Positions 18,477 to 28,760 of a stretch of 59,735 bases of DNA are shown piece after piece. The notes under the pieces were generated by a model. That model was not told where the DNA came from and made no database searches. It saw only the letters and a program-made list of their open reading frames with translations. Numbering within the stretch: position 1 is the stretch's first letter; every line of letters begins with the position of its first letter. The DNA is from an uncultured bacterium (GTDB taxonomy: Bacteria; Verrucomicrobiota; Kiritimatiellia; RFP12; UBA1067), in contig CACWJS010000003.1 in the NCBI GenBank assembly GCA_902761275.1, forward strand, positions 1 through 59,735. Direction: 5' to 3'. Both the position numbers and the translations under genes were made by a program.

Positions 18477-20720
18477 ATGGTCGACTACAATGCGCTGAAG
18501 AAGAAGTTTCCGACGAAGGATCCCCAGAAGAAAAAGAAGCTCGCCGCAATCAAGGCGATAAAGCGCGAGTATGCCGCCAAACGTGCGGCTCTCGGCGGCG
18601 GCGCACCTACTTTCAAGAAAGGCGTCGTCTTCTATGCCGTCGTGATCCTCGGGCTCATGATCCTCGGCTCGCTCGTCCTCTCTGTAACCGGTAAGGGCGG
18701 CCCCAAGGAAATCTCCCGCGCGCAAATGCTCGTCAGGAAGTCGATAGACTCCGTAGCCGTCGCGCTCGGCCGCTACCGTTACCACGTCGGCAGCTATCCG
18801 TCGACAGAGGAAGGGCTCGAGGCGCTCGCGGCAATTACGCCGCGGAAGAAGGGCTGGAACGGCCCGTACGTGAACCATGTCGTGAAAGACCCCTGGGGGC
18901 ACGAATACGTATATGTCAACAACGGTGAGAACGAATACCCGACGCTTTACTCGAAGGGCCCCGACGGCAAGGCGGGAACGACGGACGACGTCCTTCCGGA
19001 TCGCGCGCTTTACGATGCTCCTTTCAAGGACACGTCGTGGACGAAGGGGTGGATGCCGTACTACCTGCGCGGCTACGTGCTTGCGCCAGACAAGCGTACT
19101 AAGTCCGCGATCGAGGAAGAGGTCAAGGCCGTGCTCGCGGCTGAGCAGGGATCTGCCGAGGGCGAGTTCCTCCTGCGAGACGGCTGGGAGTTTTCGCGCG
19201 ACACGACGCATGGCGACGGGCGCTGCCTTCGCACCGTAGAACTGCCTCTTGGCTCTGCTGGCAAGTTCGTTGCGCTCAGGTTCTGCGGCGTGATGGCGAG
19301 CATGGAGGTATTCCTCAACGGCGAAAAGGTCGGCGGCTGTGACGACAGCTGCACGTCGTTCGAGGTTGACATTTCCGCGAAGATCAAGTTCGGCGAGAAG
19401 AACGAGCTTCTCGTAAAGTCTGGCGCGGCGAAGCGCAATGGCCTTTTGGGCTCTTGCGCCGACGTCTGTCGCAGTGTCACGCTTGTTGTCGAGGACGCGG
19501 AAGACCGCGCGATCTGGGGCTCGGTCAAGATCACTACGCCAGAGATTTCGCCCGAGCGCGCGAAGGTGCATGTCGAATACCTTACGCCCGTGAGTACGAA
19601 CCCGATTGTCAACGAGTTCGAGGTAGAGCATCCTGTTCTCTGGGATGTCGTGAATCCGAAGCTCTACGAGACGACGATTTGCGGCAAGAAGTATCGTTAC
19701 GGCTTTCGTACCGCCGAGTTCACCGAGAACGACGGCTTTCGCCTGAACGGCCGCCGCGTCCAGCTGAAGGGCGTGAACTTGAATCCCGATTTTGGGCAGC
19801 TCGGCATGTCGTTCGACAAGGGCGCGCTACGCCGCTTGCTTGCGACCTTGAAGGACATGGGCGCTAATGCGATAAGGATGCAGAACAATCAACCGGCGGA
19901 TGAAGTGCTCGATCTCTGCGACGAGATGGGAATATTGGTTCTTGCATCCTTGCCCGAGAAGAGCAATCCCAGTGTCGTTGCACTGCCGCAGGTGGCCGAT
20001 TTCGAGGAGGTTGAGGAGTTGTTGGACGCATGCGCCATGCCAAAGGAACGCTATTGGCTCTACCGCTCGTACTGGAACGACAGGAAGGATACGATCCATC
20101 TCCTGCCGCACTGGAACTGGGATGGGCGAGAGGGCGAGAAGGTCACGATTGTATGTTACACAAGCGGCGACGAAGCGGAGCTTTTCGTCAACGGCGAGAG
20201 CGCGGGACGCATGAAGAAGGCAACGGATGCCGGCACTGTCGTCGGCAAGGACGATCCGAACCGCTACAAGCTGACGGAACGCTATCGCCTCGTCTGGGAA
20301 GTTCCCTACGAGCCGGGCGAAATCAAGGTCATTGCGTTCAGAAATGGCCGCACGATGGGCGAGGACTCGTGCAAGACGGCGTACAAAGCGGCGGCGGTGA
20401 AGCTTACGCCCGAGCAGTCTGAACTCGCTGACGGCGAGCTCGGCTTCGTGAAGGTCGAGATAGAGGATGATGACGGAACCGTGCTGCCGCTTGCAAAGGA
20501 CCGCGTGAATTTCAAGCTTGAGGGGCCTGGCGAAATCGTGGCCGTTGGCAATGGTTCGCACAACGGGCTCGACTCGTTTGCCGAGACATCGTCGCATCCG
20601 CTCTACTACGGGCGCGCGCTCGTGATCGTCCGCAGGACCGGCGGCTCGGGGCTTCCGCTAAAGCTCACGGCGTCCGCGCCGTCGGTGAGATCTGCGTCCG
20701 TGACCTTCAGCCGCAAGTAG
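18477..20720 (+). CDS. GspG-type pseudopilin domain fused to a degenerate GH2 glycosidase scaffold
   Basis: TM helix; YPSTEEGLEAL..WNGPY..KDPWGHEYVY..SKGPDG..DD; then GH2 jelly-roll, shortened barrel, LLPHWNW and Ig-like domains. Confidence 0.85.
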   Translation: MVDYNALKKKFPTKDPQKKKKLAAIKAIKREYAAKRAALGGGAPTFKKGVVFYAVVILGLMILGSLVLSVTGKGGPKEISRAQMLVRKSIDSVAVALGRYRYHVGSYPSTEEGLEALAAITPRKKGWNGPYVNHVVKDPWGHEYVYVNNGENEYPTLYSKGPDGKAGTTDDVLPDRALYDAPFKDTSWTKGWMPYYLRGYVLAPDKRTKSAIEEEVKAVLAAEQGSAEGEFLLRDGWEFSRDTTHGDGRCLRTVELPLGSAGKFVALRFCGVMASMEVFLNGEKVGGCDDSCTSFEVDISAKIKFGEKNELLVKSGAAKRNGLLGSCADVCRSVTLVVEDAEDRAIWGSVKITTPEISPERAKVHVEYLTPVSTNPIVNEFEVEHPVLWDVVNPKLYETTICGKKYRYGFRTAEFTENDGFRLNGRRVQLKGVNLNPDFGQLGMSFDKGALRRLLATLKDMGANAIRMQNNQPADEVLDLCDEMGILVLASLPEKSNPSVVALPQVADFEEVEELLDACAMPKERYWLYRSYWNDRKDTIHLLPHWNWDGREGEKVTIVCYTSGDEAELFVNGESAGRMKKATDAGTVVGKDDPNRYKLTERYRLVWEVPYEPGEIKVIAFRNGRTMGEDSCKTAYKAAAVKLTPEQSELADGELGFVKVEIEDDDGTVLPLAKDRVNFKLEGPGEIVAVGNGSHNGLDSFAETSSHPLYYGRALVIVRRTGGSGLPLKLTASAPSVRSASVTFSRK

Positions 20721-20788
20721 GGCATTTTATGGTATAATATGAAAAACGCGTTTCCGCGTCGTCGCGGGTCGCGTTGGGGCAAGTCGAC

Positions 20789-21706
20789 ATGGAATCGCTA
20801 TTCAGCATAGCGGCAATTGCGTTCTGGGCGCTTTGCGCGGCCGGAATAGCATGCTATGCCTCCGAGGTCGCGAAGGACGTTACCTACGTCACTCTCGCGG
20901 ACGGTCGCCGCCAGGAGCGGTCGATACCGATTGTGTTCAAGCTTCTTCTCCCGTTTGTGGGCAACCTCGACAAGCTTGTCTCCCGCCCGATGTTCGCGAA
21001 GCAGATCGAGACGGCCGACTGGATGCTAGTCGCGGCGGGCTTCGAGGGGCTTCTATCCGGACGCGAGTTCGTCGCGCTCAAGATTCTCTGCCCGATCGTC
21101 CTTGGCGCCGCGTGGACCATTCTCATTGCGCTTCTCGGCGCTGCGCTTCCGGACTCGCCGTTCTCGGCCGGTTTCGTGCCCATAAGTTTACTTGGCTTTG
21201 CCCTCTTCTACCTCCAGCCGATGATGTGGCTAAGGGGCGCCCTCAAGAAACGCCATCTTGCGATAATGAAGGCGTTGCCGTTTGTCCTCGACATCCTTAC
21301 TCTTTCTGTAGAGGCCGGCATGGATTTCATAAGCGCGCTTCAGCGCAACTGCCAGTCGCGGAAGCTCGACCCTCTCAACGAGGAGCTTCTTCGTATGACG
21401 AAGGAGATACAGGTGGGCCTGTCGCGCCGCGAGGCTCTCCGGAACATGGCCGATCGCGTCCGCCAGAGCGACCTGAGGTCGGTCGCGTTTGCGCTCATCC
21501 AGGCCGACGAACTGGGTGTCTCTATCGGCGCGATACTCCGCATACAGTCAGAGCAGTTGAGAAGCCGCCGCTTCGACCGGGCCGAGAAGCTGGCGCACGA
21601 GGCGCCGACGAAAATGCTCGGGCCGCTGATGCTTTGCATTTTCCCCGCAGTGTTCATAATCCTGCTCGGGCCAGTCCTGTCGCAGGCGATGAAGGGGATG
21701 CTGTAA
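20789..21706 (+). CDS. type II secretion F-family / TadC-like inner-membrane protein
   Basis: ALPFVLDILTLSVEAGMDF..QADELGVSIGAILR..AEKLAHEAPTKMLGPL. Confidence 0.9.
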   Translation: MESLFSIAAIAFWALCAAGIACYASEVAKDVTYVTLADGRRQERSIPIVFKLLLPFVGNLDKLVSRPMFAKQIETADWMLVAAGFEGLLSGREFVALKILCPIVLGAAWTILIALLGAALPDSPFSAGFVPISLLGFALFYLQPMMWLRGALKKRHLAIMKALPFVLDILTLSVEAGMDFISALQRNCQSRKLDPLNEELLRMTKEIQVGLSRREALRNMADRVRQSDLRSVAFALIQADELGVSIGAILRIQSEQLRSRRFDRAEKLAHEAPTKMLGPLMLCIFPAVFIILLGPVLSQAMKGML

Positions 21707-21724
21707 ACAGAGGAAAGACAAAAA

Positions 21725-23095
21725 ATGTCGAAACGACCAGAATTGCTTATCACGTCCGGCCCGATGTCCGGCACGCGATTCGAGGTGGGGCCAGGGGGCG
21801 TGCGTCTCGGCCGCTCCTCCTCGAACGACGTGAGCATACCCGACGAGGAGCTCTCCCGCAACCACTGCCTCTTCGAGCAGTCCGGCGAGGCGGGGATACG
21901 CGTGACGGATCTCGCGAGCGCAAACGGCACGTTCGTCAACGGCGAGCAACTTGGCTCTGATTCCCACGGGCTCAAGGTGGGCGACTCGATCGAAGTCGGC
22001 TCGACCGCGATCAGCGTAATCGGCGAGGATGCGTCTCTTGCATCGCGTCCTGCTGGCGCCAAGGTCGCCGCGACAATCGACCTTGGCCTTGGCTCGGCTT
22101 CCGCCGCAGCGCCGCAGGGAGAAGTCGCGTCGCGCAAGCCGTCCAAGGCGCAGGGCGGCCGTCAGCGCACGATGATTGCCAATGTCCTCTGGATAGTCGC
22201 CGCGCTTACGGTGGCTGCGGCGATAGCCGTCGTCCTCTGCGCCCCGCGCGAATCCGAGAAGCCAATCGCTCCCGTCGTAGAGGAGAAGCCCGAGCAGAAA
22301 CTCGTCTCGCTACGATACGAGAAGGTCGAGGCAGACGCCTCGCGGGTGTTCAGCTATAGGATGGAAATCGACGAGTCTGGGGTCCTGCGCGTCGCGTTCG
22401 ACGACGTGCCTGGCGAGAACCGCCACGTCGACAAGAAGGCGAAGCTTTCCGACAAGGCGAAGAAGAGGATCCTCGAGATTCTCGAAAAGCCCGGGTTCGC
22501 CGCGCTCGAGGACGAGTATGTCGGTTCGAGCGTGGAGGACGAAAACGCTCTCAAGAGCTTCAGGATCCGCGTCGTCCGCTGGAACAGCGTCAAGGACGTT
22601 CTCGTCGAGAACACTCAGGAGCCCGACGCCTTCCGCGAAGTGAGGGATTTGCTCGAGGCGTTCTCCCGGAACGAGCTCGGCATCTGGGCTATACAGTATT
22701 CGAAGGAAAAGCTGATCGAGCTCAGCGACGAGAGCGCGAAGGTCGGCGATTCCAAGTGGGACGACCGCGAGGTCGAGTACGGCAACCTGAGCGCCGCCGT
22801 CAAGGCCTACAAGGACGCGCTCTTCTACCTTGAGACGATCAATCCGAAGCCCGACGGCTACGCGGAGATAAAGGAGAAGCTCGCGCGCACCGAGGAGGAG
22901 CTCAAGCAACGCTACGAAGACCAGCGCTTCCTCGCTGACAAGGCGATGAACCTCGGCGACTGGGAGGCGGCGCAGAACGAGCTCAAGATACTGTGCGAGC
23001 TTGTGCCGGACAGGGACGACCCGCGCCACGCCGAGGCCAACGCGCGTCTCGTCGACGTCGAAAACCGCATGAAGAAGGCGAGGGGTGGAAAATGA
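21725..23095 (+). CDS. FHA-domain membrane protein with helical C-terminus
   Basis: LGR..LSRNH..DLASANGTFVNG; one TM helix. Confidence 0.88.
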   Translation: MSKRPELLITSGPMSGTRFEVGPGGVRLGRSSSNDVSIPDEELSRNHCLFEQSGEAGIRVTDLASANGTFVNGEQLGSDSHGLKVGDSIEVGSTAISVIGEDASLASRPAGAKVAATIDLGLGSASAAAPQGEVASRKPSKAQGGRQRTMIANVLWIVAALTVAAAIAVVLCAPRESEKPIAPVVEEKPEQKLVSLRYEKVEADASRVFSYRMEIDESGVLRVAFDDVPGENRHVDKKAKLSDKAKKRILEILEKPGFAALEDEYVGSSVEDENALKSFRIRVVRWNSVKDVLVENTQEPDAFREVRDLLEAFSRNELGIWAIQYSKEKLIELSDESAKVGDSKWDDREVEYGNLSAAVKAYKDALFYLETINPKPDGYAEIKEKLARTEEELKQRYEDQRFLADKAMNLGDWEAAQNELKILCELVPDRDDPRHAEANARLVDVENRMKKARGGK

Positions 23096-24393
23096 GGGGA
23101 ATCTTTCTTTCAATAGCGCTCGCCGCGTTCGCCGCATTCGCAGAAGAGTCGAAGGCGATACGCTGCGACTTCTCGAGCCAGCCGGAGGGCGCCACCGTGG
23201 TTGTCGACGGCGTTACGCGCGGTGTCACGCCGCTTACGCTCTACGATCTTGCGCCTGGCCGCCGCCATGTCCGTTTCGAACTGGCCAACTACGACGGCGT
23301 CGACGAGTTCATGTTTCTGCGTGAAGGCGGCGCGGTCAGCAAGAACGCCGTGCTCCGTCCTGTAAAGGGGATACTGCTCCTCGTCACCGAGCCGGAGGGG
23401 TGCGACGTTTCGCTCGACGGCATGTCTCTTGGCAAGACGCCTCGCCTCGTTACGTCGCTTGACGCCAAGGACACGTATCGTCTTCTCGTGCAGAAGCCCG
23501 GCTACCAGCCGCGCACCGTCGAGGTGAAGTTCAACGGGCGCACGCCGCTCGTAAAGAACGAGTCGCTTGTCATAGATTCCGGTGTCGTTGAGGTGACGAG
23601 CGATCCTGCCGGCGCCGAGGTTATGGTTAACGGACATCCCCGCGGGAGGACGCCGGTGAAGGTTGGTGGCGTTCCAAAGGGGCGTGCGACCGTTGCGCTC
23701 AAGAAGAACGGCTTTGCGGAGGAATCGCGCGAGCTCGCGATCGTTGCAGGCGAGAGCCAGACGCTGTTCGTGAAGCTCAAAGGGCTTCCCGGCACGATGT
23801 CGCTCTCGTCTGTTCCTGACGGGGCGAGGTTCTACGTCAACGACAGGCCAGAGGGGAAGGGCCCGATATCTCTTACTGGGCTTAATCCCGGCAGCTACAC
23901 GATCCGAGTCGAGAAGGAGGGTTTCGCCACTGCGACCAAGACCGTAACGCTCGAGAACGGCGGCTCGATTGTAGAGGAATTCCGGCTCGACAACGTAATG
24001 GGGCGCATCGAGGTGAGGACGATTCCGTCCGGCGTGGACGTGTTTCTTGACGGCGGCCGTGTCGGTACGACAAAGTCGAAAGGCGACGATGCCGAGGCGA
24101 GCGAGGTGCTTGCGATAGAGAACGTGCACGAGGGCGAGCATACCCTCGTCTTTAAGTGCGAAGGTTACGCCGACGCGACGAAGCACCCAGTCGTCGAGAA
24201 CCGCAAGACCCAGACTGTAAACGCACGGCTTAAGCGCGTCTTCACGCCGAACGTAGAGATTACGACGGACAGCGGCGTTCACCGCGGTGTTCTCATCTCC
24301 AACACGGCGAACGGTGTCGAGGTAGAGGTTTCCCTCGGCATCAACCGCATGTTCCCGCACACCGAGATCAGGAAGCTCGAGTTCATCAAGTAG
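23092..24393 (+). CDS. PEGA-domain protein, secreted
   Basis: Signal peptide; about 5 S.P.GA.V.VDG..G.TP repeats; ATGA overlap. Confidence 0.9.
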   Translation: MRGIFLSIALAAFAAFAEESKAIRCDFSSQPEGATVVVDGVTRGVTPLTLYDLAPGRRHVRFELANYDGVDEFMFLREGGAVSKNAVLRPVKGILLLVTEPEGCDVSLDGMSLGKTPRLVTSLDAKDTYRLLVQKPGYQPRTVEVKFNGRTPLVKNESLVIDSGVVEVTSDPAGAEVMVNGHPRGRTPVKVGGVPKGRATVALKKNGFAEESRELAIVAGESQTLFVKLKGLPGTMSLSSVPDGARFYVNDRPEGKGPISLTGLNPGSYTIRVEKEGFATATKTVTLENGGSIVEEFRLDNVMGRIEVRTIPSGVDVFLDGGRVGTTKSKGDDAEASEVLAIENVHEGEHTLVFKCEGYADATKHPVVENRKTQTVNARLKRVFTPNVEITTDSGVHRGVLISNTANGVEVEVSLGINRMFPHTEIRKLEFIK

Positions 24394-25140
24394 GTGAAGC
24401 GCCGTCTTGACATCCTTCTCGTGGAGCGTGGCCTTGCCGAGAGCCGCACGCGCGCGCAGGCGCTCGTTATGGAGGGCAAGGTGCGCGTCGCGGGGCAGAC
24501 CGAATACAAGGCGTCCCGGCAGATCGACGACGAAACACCAGTCGAGATAGAGTCGCCGCCGCGTTTCGTCTCGCGCGGCGGCGAGAAGCTCGAGGGCGCA
24601 TTCGAGTTGTGGGGAACGGCTTTGAGCGCCGAGGGTAAGACATGTCTCGACGTCGGCTCTTCCACCGGCGGCTTTACCGACTGCCTTCTCCAGCATGGCG
24701 CAAGGCGCGTGATGGCCGTCGACGTCGGCACGAACCAGCTCGCCTACAGTCTGCGCACGGATCCCCGCGTGTGGGTCAGGGAGAACTTCAACGCCCGCTA
24801 CATGAAGCCCGAGGACCTGCCCGAAGTTCCGACGCTCGCGGTCACGGACGTTTCCTTTATCTCGCTCAAGCTCATCCTGCCGCCGATACGCGACGTGCTC
24901 GCGTCGGGCGGCGAGATCGTCGCGCTCATAAAGCCGCAGTTCGAGGTCGGGAAGGGCAACGCCCCCGGAGGACTCGTCCGCGACGAGAGTCTTCGGCTTG
25001 CCGCGCGCGACGAAATCGTCCGCTTTGCAAAGGAGGAGCTTGGCCTCGAGCTTCTCGGACTTGCAGAATCTCCGATCAAGGGCCGCGAGATGGGAAATGT
25101 CGAGTATCTCTCCTGGTGGGCGAATCGCGAGAGAAAGTAA
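24394..25140 (+). CDS. tlyA: TlyA-family rRNA methyltransferase
   Basis: S4 domain; FVSRGGEKL; LDVGSSTGGFTDCLLQ; IKPQFE. Confidence 0.93.
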   Translation: MKRRLDILLVERGLAESRTRAQALVMEGKVRVAGQTEYKASRQIDDETPVEIESPPRFVSRGGEKLEGAFELWGTALSAEGKTCLDVGSSTGGFTDCLLQHGARRVMAVDVGTNQLAYSLRTDPRVWVRENFNARYMKPEDLPEVPTLAVTDVSFISLKLILPPIRDVLASGGEIVALIKPQFEVGKGNAPGGLVRDESLRLAARDEIVRFAKEELGLELLGLAESPIKGREMGNVEYLSWWANRERK

Positions 25141-25207
25141 GGCCAAATCGCAGATGACGCGCTGGCGGGGAAAATGGTAAAATATCCCTCTAAAGCGGAT
25201 TTAGGCA

Positions 25208-25777
25208 ATGACAGCGATAATCGACTACAAGGCCGGAAACCTCACGAGCGTGAAGCTTGCTTTCGCCGCGCTCGGAGCGGAGGCGGTCGTAACGAGCGAC
25301 CCGAAGGTGATAGCGGCGGCAGACCGCGTCGTGTTCCCGGGCGTGGGTGCGGCGAAAAGCGCAATGGAGAACTTGCGTGCGCTTGGACTCGTCGAGCCAG
25401 TGAAGGATGCCGCGGCGACAAAGCCGTTCCTCGGTATCTGTCTCGGCATGCAGATACTTTTCGACCACAGCGAAGAAGACGGCGGAGTTGACTGCCTTGG
25501 AATCATCTCGGGCCATGTCCGTCGATTTCCGACGGTTCCCGGGTTCAAGGTCCCCGAAATCGGCTGGAATGGAGTGGAAGGACTCGACGGAAAAGAGTTC
25601 TACTTCGTGCACTCCTACTATGCGGAAGTCGTTCCAGAGACTGCGGGCTTTACGGAATACGCTGGGGTGAAGTTTACGGCGATGGTCAAGAAGGGGCGTC
25701 TCTGGGCCTGCCAGTTCCATCCGGAGAAGTCCGGCAGAATCGGCCTTGAGTTGCTGAAGGAGTGGCTGTCATGCTGA
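25208..25777 (+). CDS. hisH: imidazole glycerol phosphate synthase subunit HisH
   Basis: PGVG, GICLGMQ, YFVHSY, QFHPEKS. Confidence 0.96.
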   Translation: MTAIIDYKAGNLTSVKLAFAALGAEAVVTSDPKVIAAADRVVFPGVGAAKSAMENLRALGLVEPVKDAAATKPFLGICLGMQILFDHSEEDGGVDCLGIISGHVRRFPTVPGFKVPEIGWNGVEGLDGKEFYFVHSYYAEVVPETAGFTEYAGVKFTAMVKKGRLWACQFHPEKSGRIGLELLKEWLSC

Positions 25778-26541
25778 CGAAGCGCGTTATTCCCTGCCTC
25801 GATGTCCGCAACGGGCGTGTCACGAAGGGCGTCAAGTTCAAGAACAACGTCGATCTCGGCGATCCTGTCGAGATGGCCGTAAGGTATTCCAATGGCGGCG
25901 CAGACGAGCTTGTCTTCTACGACATCACGGCGAGCGCCGAGCGCCGTCCAATCGACATCGGCATGGTCGAGGCGGTCGCAAAGGCGATAAGGATTCCGTT
26001 TGCAGTCGGCGGCGGCATAAGCTCGGTCGAGGACATGGAGCGCGTTATCCTCGCTGGCGCGGAGAAGATTTCCGTGAACTCCCTTGCCGTCCGCAACCCC
26101 GACATCATCGCTGAGGGTGCAAAGGCGTTTGGCGCACAGTGCATCGTCCTCGGCATGGACCCTGTGAAGAACGACAAGACCGCGAGCGGCTACGAGATCA
26201 CGACGCGTGGATTTCGCGAGTTTACCGGTATGGATGCCGTCGAGTGGGCGAAACGCGCCGCGGACCTCGGAGCGGGAGAGATCGTCGTCAATTCCGTAGA
26301 CGCAGACGGCACGCGCGAGGGCTTTGAGCTTAATATCACGCGGCTTATCGCCGAGGCGGTGGATGTTCCGGTTGTCGCGTCAGGCGGGGCGGGTAGGCCA
26401 GAGCATCTCGTCACGGTCTTTCGCGAGGCGAAGGCGGACGCGGCAATCGTCGCCGGTATGATCCACGCTGGCGACTACACAATTTCAGACATAAAGGCGG
26501 CCATGTGCGCGGCGGGTGTTCCGACGCGCATGAGCTGGTGA
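25771..26541 (+). CDS. hisF: imidazole glycerol phosphate synthase subunit HisF
   Basis: [31 protein letters not shown]. Confidence 0.96.
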   Translation: MLTKRVIPCLDVRNGRVTKGVKFKNNVDLGDPVEMAVRYSNGGADELVFYDITASAERRPIDIGMVEAVAKAIRIPFAVGGGISSVEDMERVILAGAEKISVNSLAVRNPDIIAEGAKAFGAQCIVLGMDPVKNDKTASGYEITTRGFREFTGMDAVEWAKRAADLGAGEIVVNSVDADGTREGFELNITRLIAEAVDVPVVASGGAGRPEHLVTVFREAKADAAIVAGMIHAGDYTISDIKAAMCAAGVPTRMSW

Positions 26542-26545
26542 CTCA

Positions 26546-28081
26546 ATGGACAAGATAATCATCCTTGACTACGGTTCGCAGTATACGCAGCTTATTGCGC
26601 GGCGAATCCGCGAGCAGCACGTCTACTCCGAAATCGTTCCTTTCAACATCACCTCCGAAAAGGTGCGTGAGTATGCGCCGAAGGGCGTCATTCTCTCTGG
26701 CGGACCCAACAGCGTCTTTGAGGAAGGGGCTCCTGGAATCGACCGCGGCATCTTCGAGCTTGGCATCCCGATTCTTGGCGTCTGCTACGGTATGCAGCTG
26801 ATGAGCCAGGAGCTTGGCGGCAAGGTCCAGCCGGGCGAGAAGCGCGAATACGGCAAGACGGAGATGACGGTAGAGCCGGGTAATGAGCTCTTCAAGGGTC
26901 TTCCAGACAAGTTTGTTGTCTGGATGAGCCACGGCGACCGCGTGGCGGCAATCCCAGCCGGTTTCAAGGTCAGCGCAAGGTCGGCGAATTGCCCGTTTGC
27001 CGCCGTGCGCGACGAAAGCTGCCGTTTCTTCGGGATCCAGTTCCATCCCGAAGTCGTGCACACCGAACACGGCAAGCAGATCATATCCAACTTCATCTTC
27101 AATATCTGCCGCGCGAACGCCGACTGGCAGTTGACGACCTGGATCGACGACACGGTTGAGAAGATGAAGCGCCAGGTTGGCGACGACGAAGTTGTCCTCG
27201 GACTTTCCGGCGGCGTCGACTCTTCCGTCGCGGCCGTCCTTCTCCACAAGGCGATAGGACCGCGGCTTCACTGCATCTTCGTCGACAACGGGCTTCTTCG
27301 CTACCGCGAGGCGGAGCAAGTCGAGGAGATGTTCGCCAAGAACCTCGGGCTCGATCTCACCGTTGCGCGCGCGGCGCCGAAGTTCTACACGGCACTCAAG
27401 GGTCTCGACGAGCCGGAGGCGAAACGCAAGGCGATTGGCAAGACCTTCATCGACGTGTTTGCCGACGAGGCGCGCAAGTTCAAGCACTGCCGCTTCCTCG
27501 GACAAGGCACGATCTACCCCGATGTCATCGAGTCGTCGCACGCGGTAAAGGGCCCGTCGCAGACGATTAAGTCTCACCACAATGTCGGCGGCCTTCCGCC
27601 AGATCTCAAGTTCGAGCTTGTGGAGCCCTTGCGCGATCTCTTCAAGGACGAGGTTCGCGCCGTCGGGCGCGTTCTCGGAATGGCCGACGAGCTTCTCGAC
27701 CGCCAGCCGTTCCCAGGCCCCGGCCTTGGCGTCCGCATCCTCGGCGAAGTGACCGAGGAGAAGGTGAAGCTTCTGCAGCTGGCGGACATCCGCGTTCAGG
27801 AGGAAGTGAAGAAGCTTCCGAACTACAAGTCAATCTGGCAGACGTTTGCTGTGCTTCTTCCGGTGAAGTCCGTCGGCGTCATGGGCGACCAGCGCACCTA
27901 CGAGTACACGTGCGCGATTAGGTCGGTCGACTCGATCGACGCGATGACGGCAGATTGGACGCGGCTTCCCTACGAAACGCTTGGCGTCATCTCGAACCGC
28001 ATCATCAACGAGGTTCGCGGAATAAACCGCGTCGTCTACGACATCTCCTCGAAGCCGCCTGCTACGATAGAGTGGGAATGA
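26546..28081 (+). CDS. guaA: GMP synthase
   Basis: GSQYTQLIARR, SGGVDS, KSHHNVGGLP, KPPATIEWE. Confidence 0.98.
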   Translation: MDKIIILDYGSQYTQLIARRIREQHVYSEIVPFNITSEKVREYAPKGVILSGGPNSVFEEGAPGIDRGIFELGIPILGVCYGMQLMSQELGGKVQPGEKREYGKTEMTVEPGNELFKGLPDKFVVWMSHGDRVAAIPAGFKVSARSANCPFAAVRDESCRFFGIQFHPEVVHTEHGKQIISNFIFNICRANADWQLTTWIDDTVEKMKRQVGDDEVVLGLSGGVDSSVAAVLLHKAIGPRLHCIFVDNGLLRYREAEQVEEMFAKNLGLDLTVARAAPKFYTALKGLDEPEAKRKAIGKTFIDVFADEARKFKHCRFLGQGTIYPDVIESSHAVKGPSQTIKSHHNVGGLPPDLKFELVEPLRDLFKDEVRAVGRVLGMADELLDRQPFPGPGLGVRILGEVTEEKVKLLQLADIRVQEEVKKLPNYKSIWQTFAVLLPVKSVGVMGDQRTYEYTCAIRSVDSIDAMTADWTRLPYETLGVISNRIINEVRGINRVVYDISSKPPATIEWE

Positions 28082-28704
28082 CCGATGGGGATGTGATTCC
28101 GCGGCGGGAACGCAACGCGACAATAAGGCGCGCGTTCATCGATTCCCTGCCGGTACTGATGGGCTACACCACGATGGGATTTGTGGCGGGTGTCCTCCTC
28201 GCCGCGAAGGGCGACGTCGTGCTTTCTCCTCTTTGGGGTTTTCTTTCGTCTGCGCTTTGGGTGACGGGAACGATGTCTATCGCAGGCGTCGGAGAAATCG
28301 CACAACGCACTTCTTGGGCGGCGTTTGCACTTATGACGCTCGCCGTGAACTTCCGCTATGCGTTCTACGGCTTTACGATGCTCTCCCGCTGGAAGGATGT
28401 GCCGTTTTTCCGCAAGGCGTACTTGATACTGATGCTGACGGACGAGAACTATGCGCTTGAGGCGGCATGCCAGGTGCGCGACCCGCGGCGGAACCTCCTG
28501 TACTGCACCGTGCTTTCGGCGCTCAACCATTCCTACTGGGTCGTCGGCGTTACTGTCGGCGCGATTGTCGTCGTCGTTCTCGGCCATGTAGTCGACCCAG
28601 ACCGTCTCCGCGCATGGACTAACGGCATGGAGTTCTCGATGGCCGCGCTCTTCCTCGTCATCTTCACGGACCAAATCCGCAGCCGGTTCCGTGCGACGCG
28701 TTGA
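28078..28704 (+). CDS. AzlC-family amino-acid exporter subunit
   Basis: VNFRYAFYG and LTDENYA motifs; multiple TM helices; ATGA overlap. Confidence 0.85.
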   Translation: MTDGDVIPRRERNATIRRAFIDSLPVLMGYTTMGFVAGVLLAAKGDVVLSPLWGFLSSALWVTGTMSIAGVGEIAQRTSWAAFALMTLAVNFRYAFYGFTMLSRWKDVPFFRKAYLILMLTDENYALEAACQVRDPRRNLLYCTVLSALNHSYWVVGVTVGAIVVVVLGHVVDPDRLRAWTNGMEFSMAALFLVIFTDQIRSRFRATR

Positions 28705-28760
28705 ATGACCAATCGCCGTAAACTTGGTATAATAACCGTATTCAAGGACTGAGCTTTATT

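Noticed and set aside
28078-28704. azlC without adjacent azlD
   Set aside because: The partner may lie elsewhere in the genome; not informative from this window
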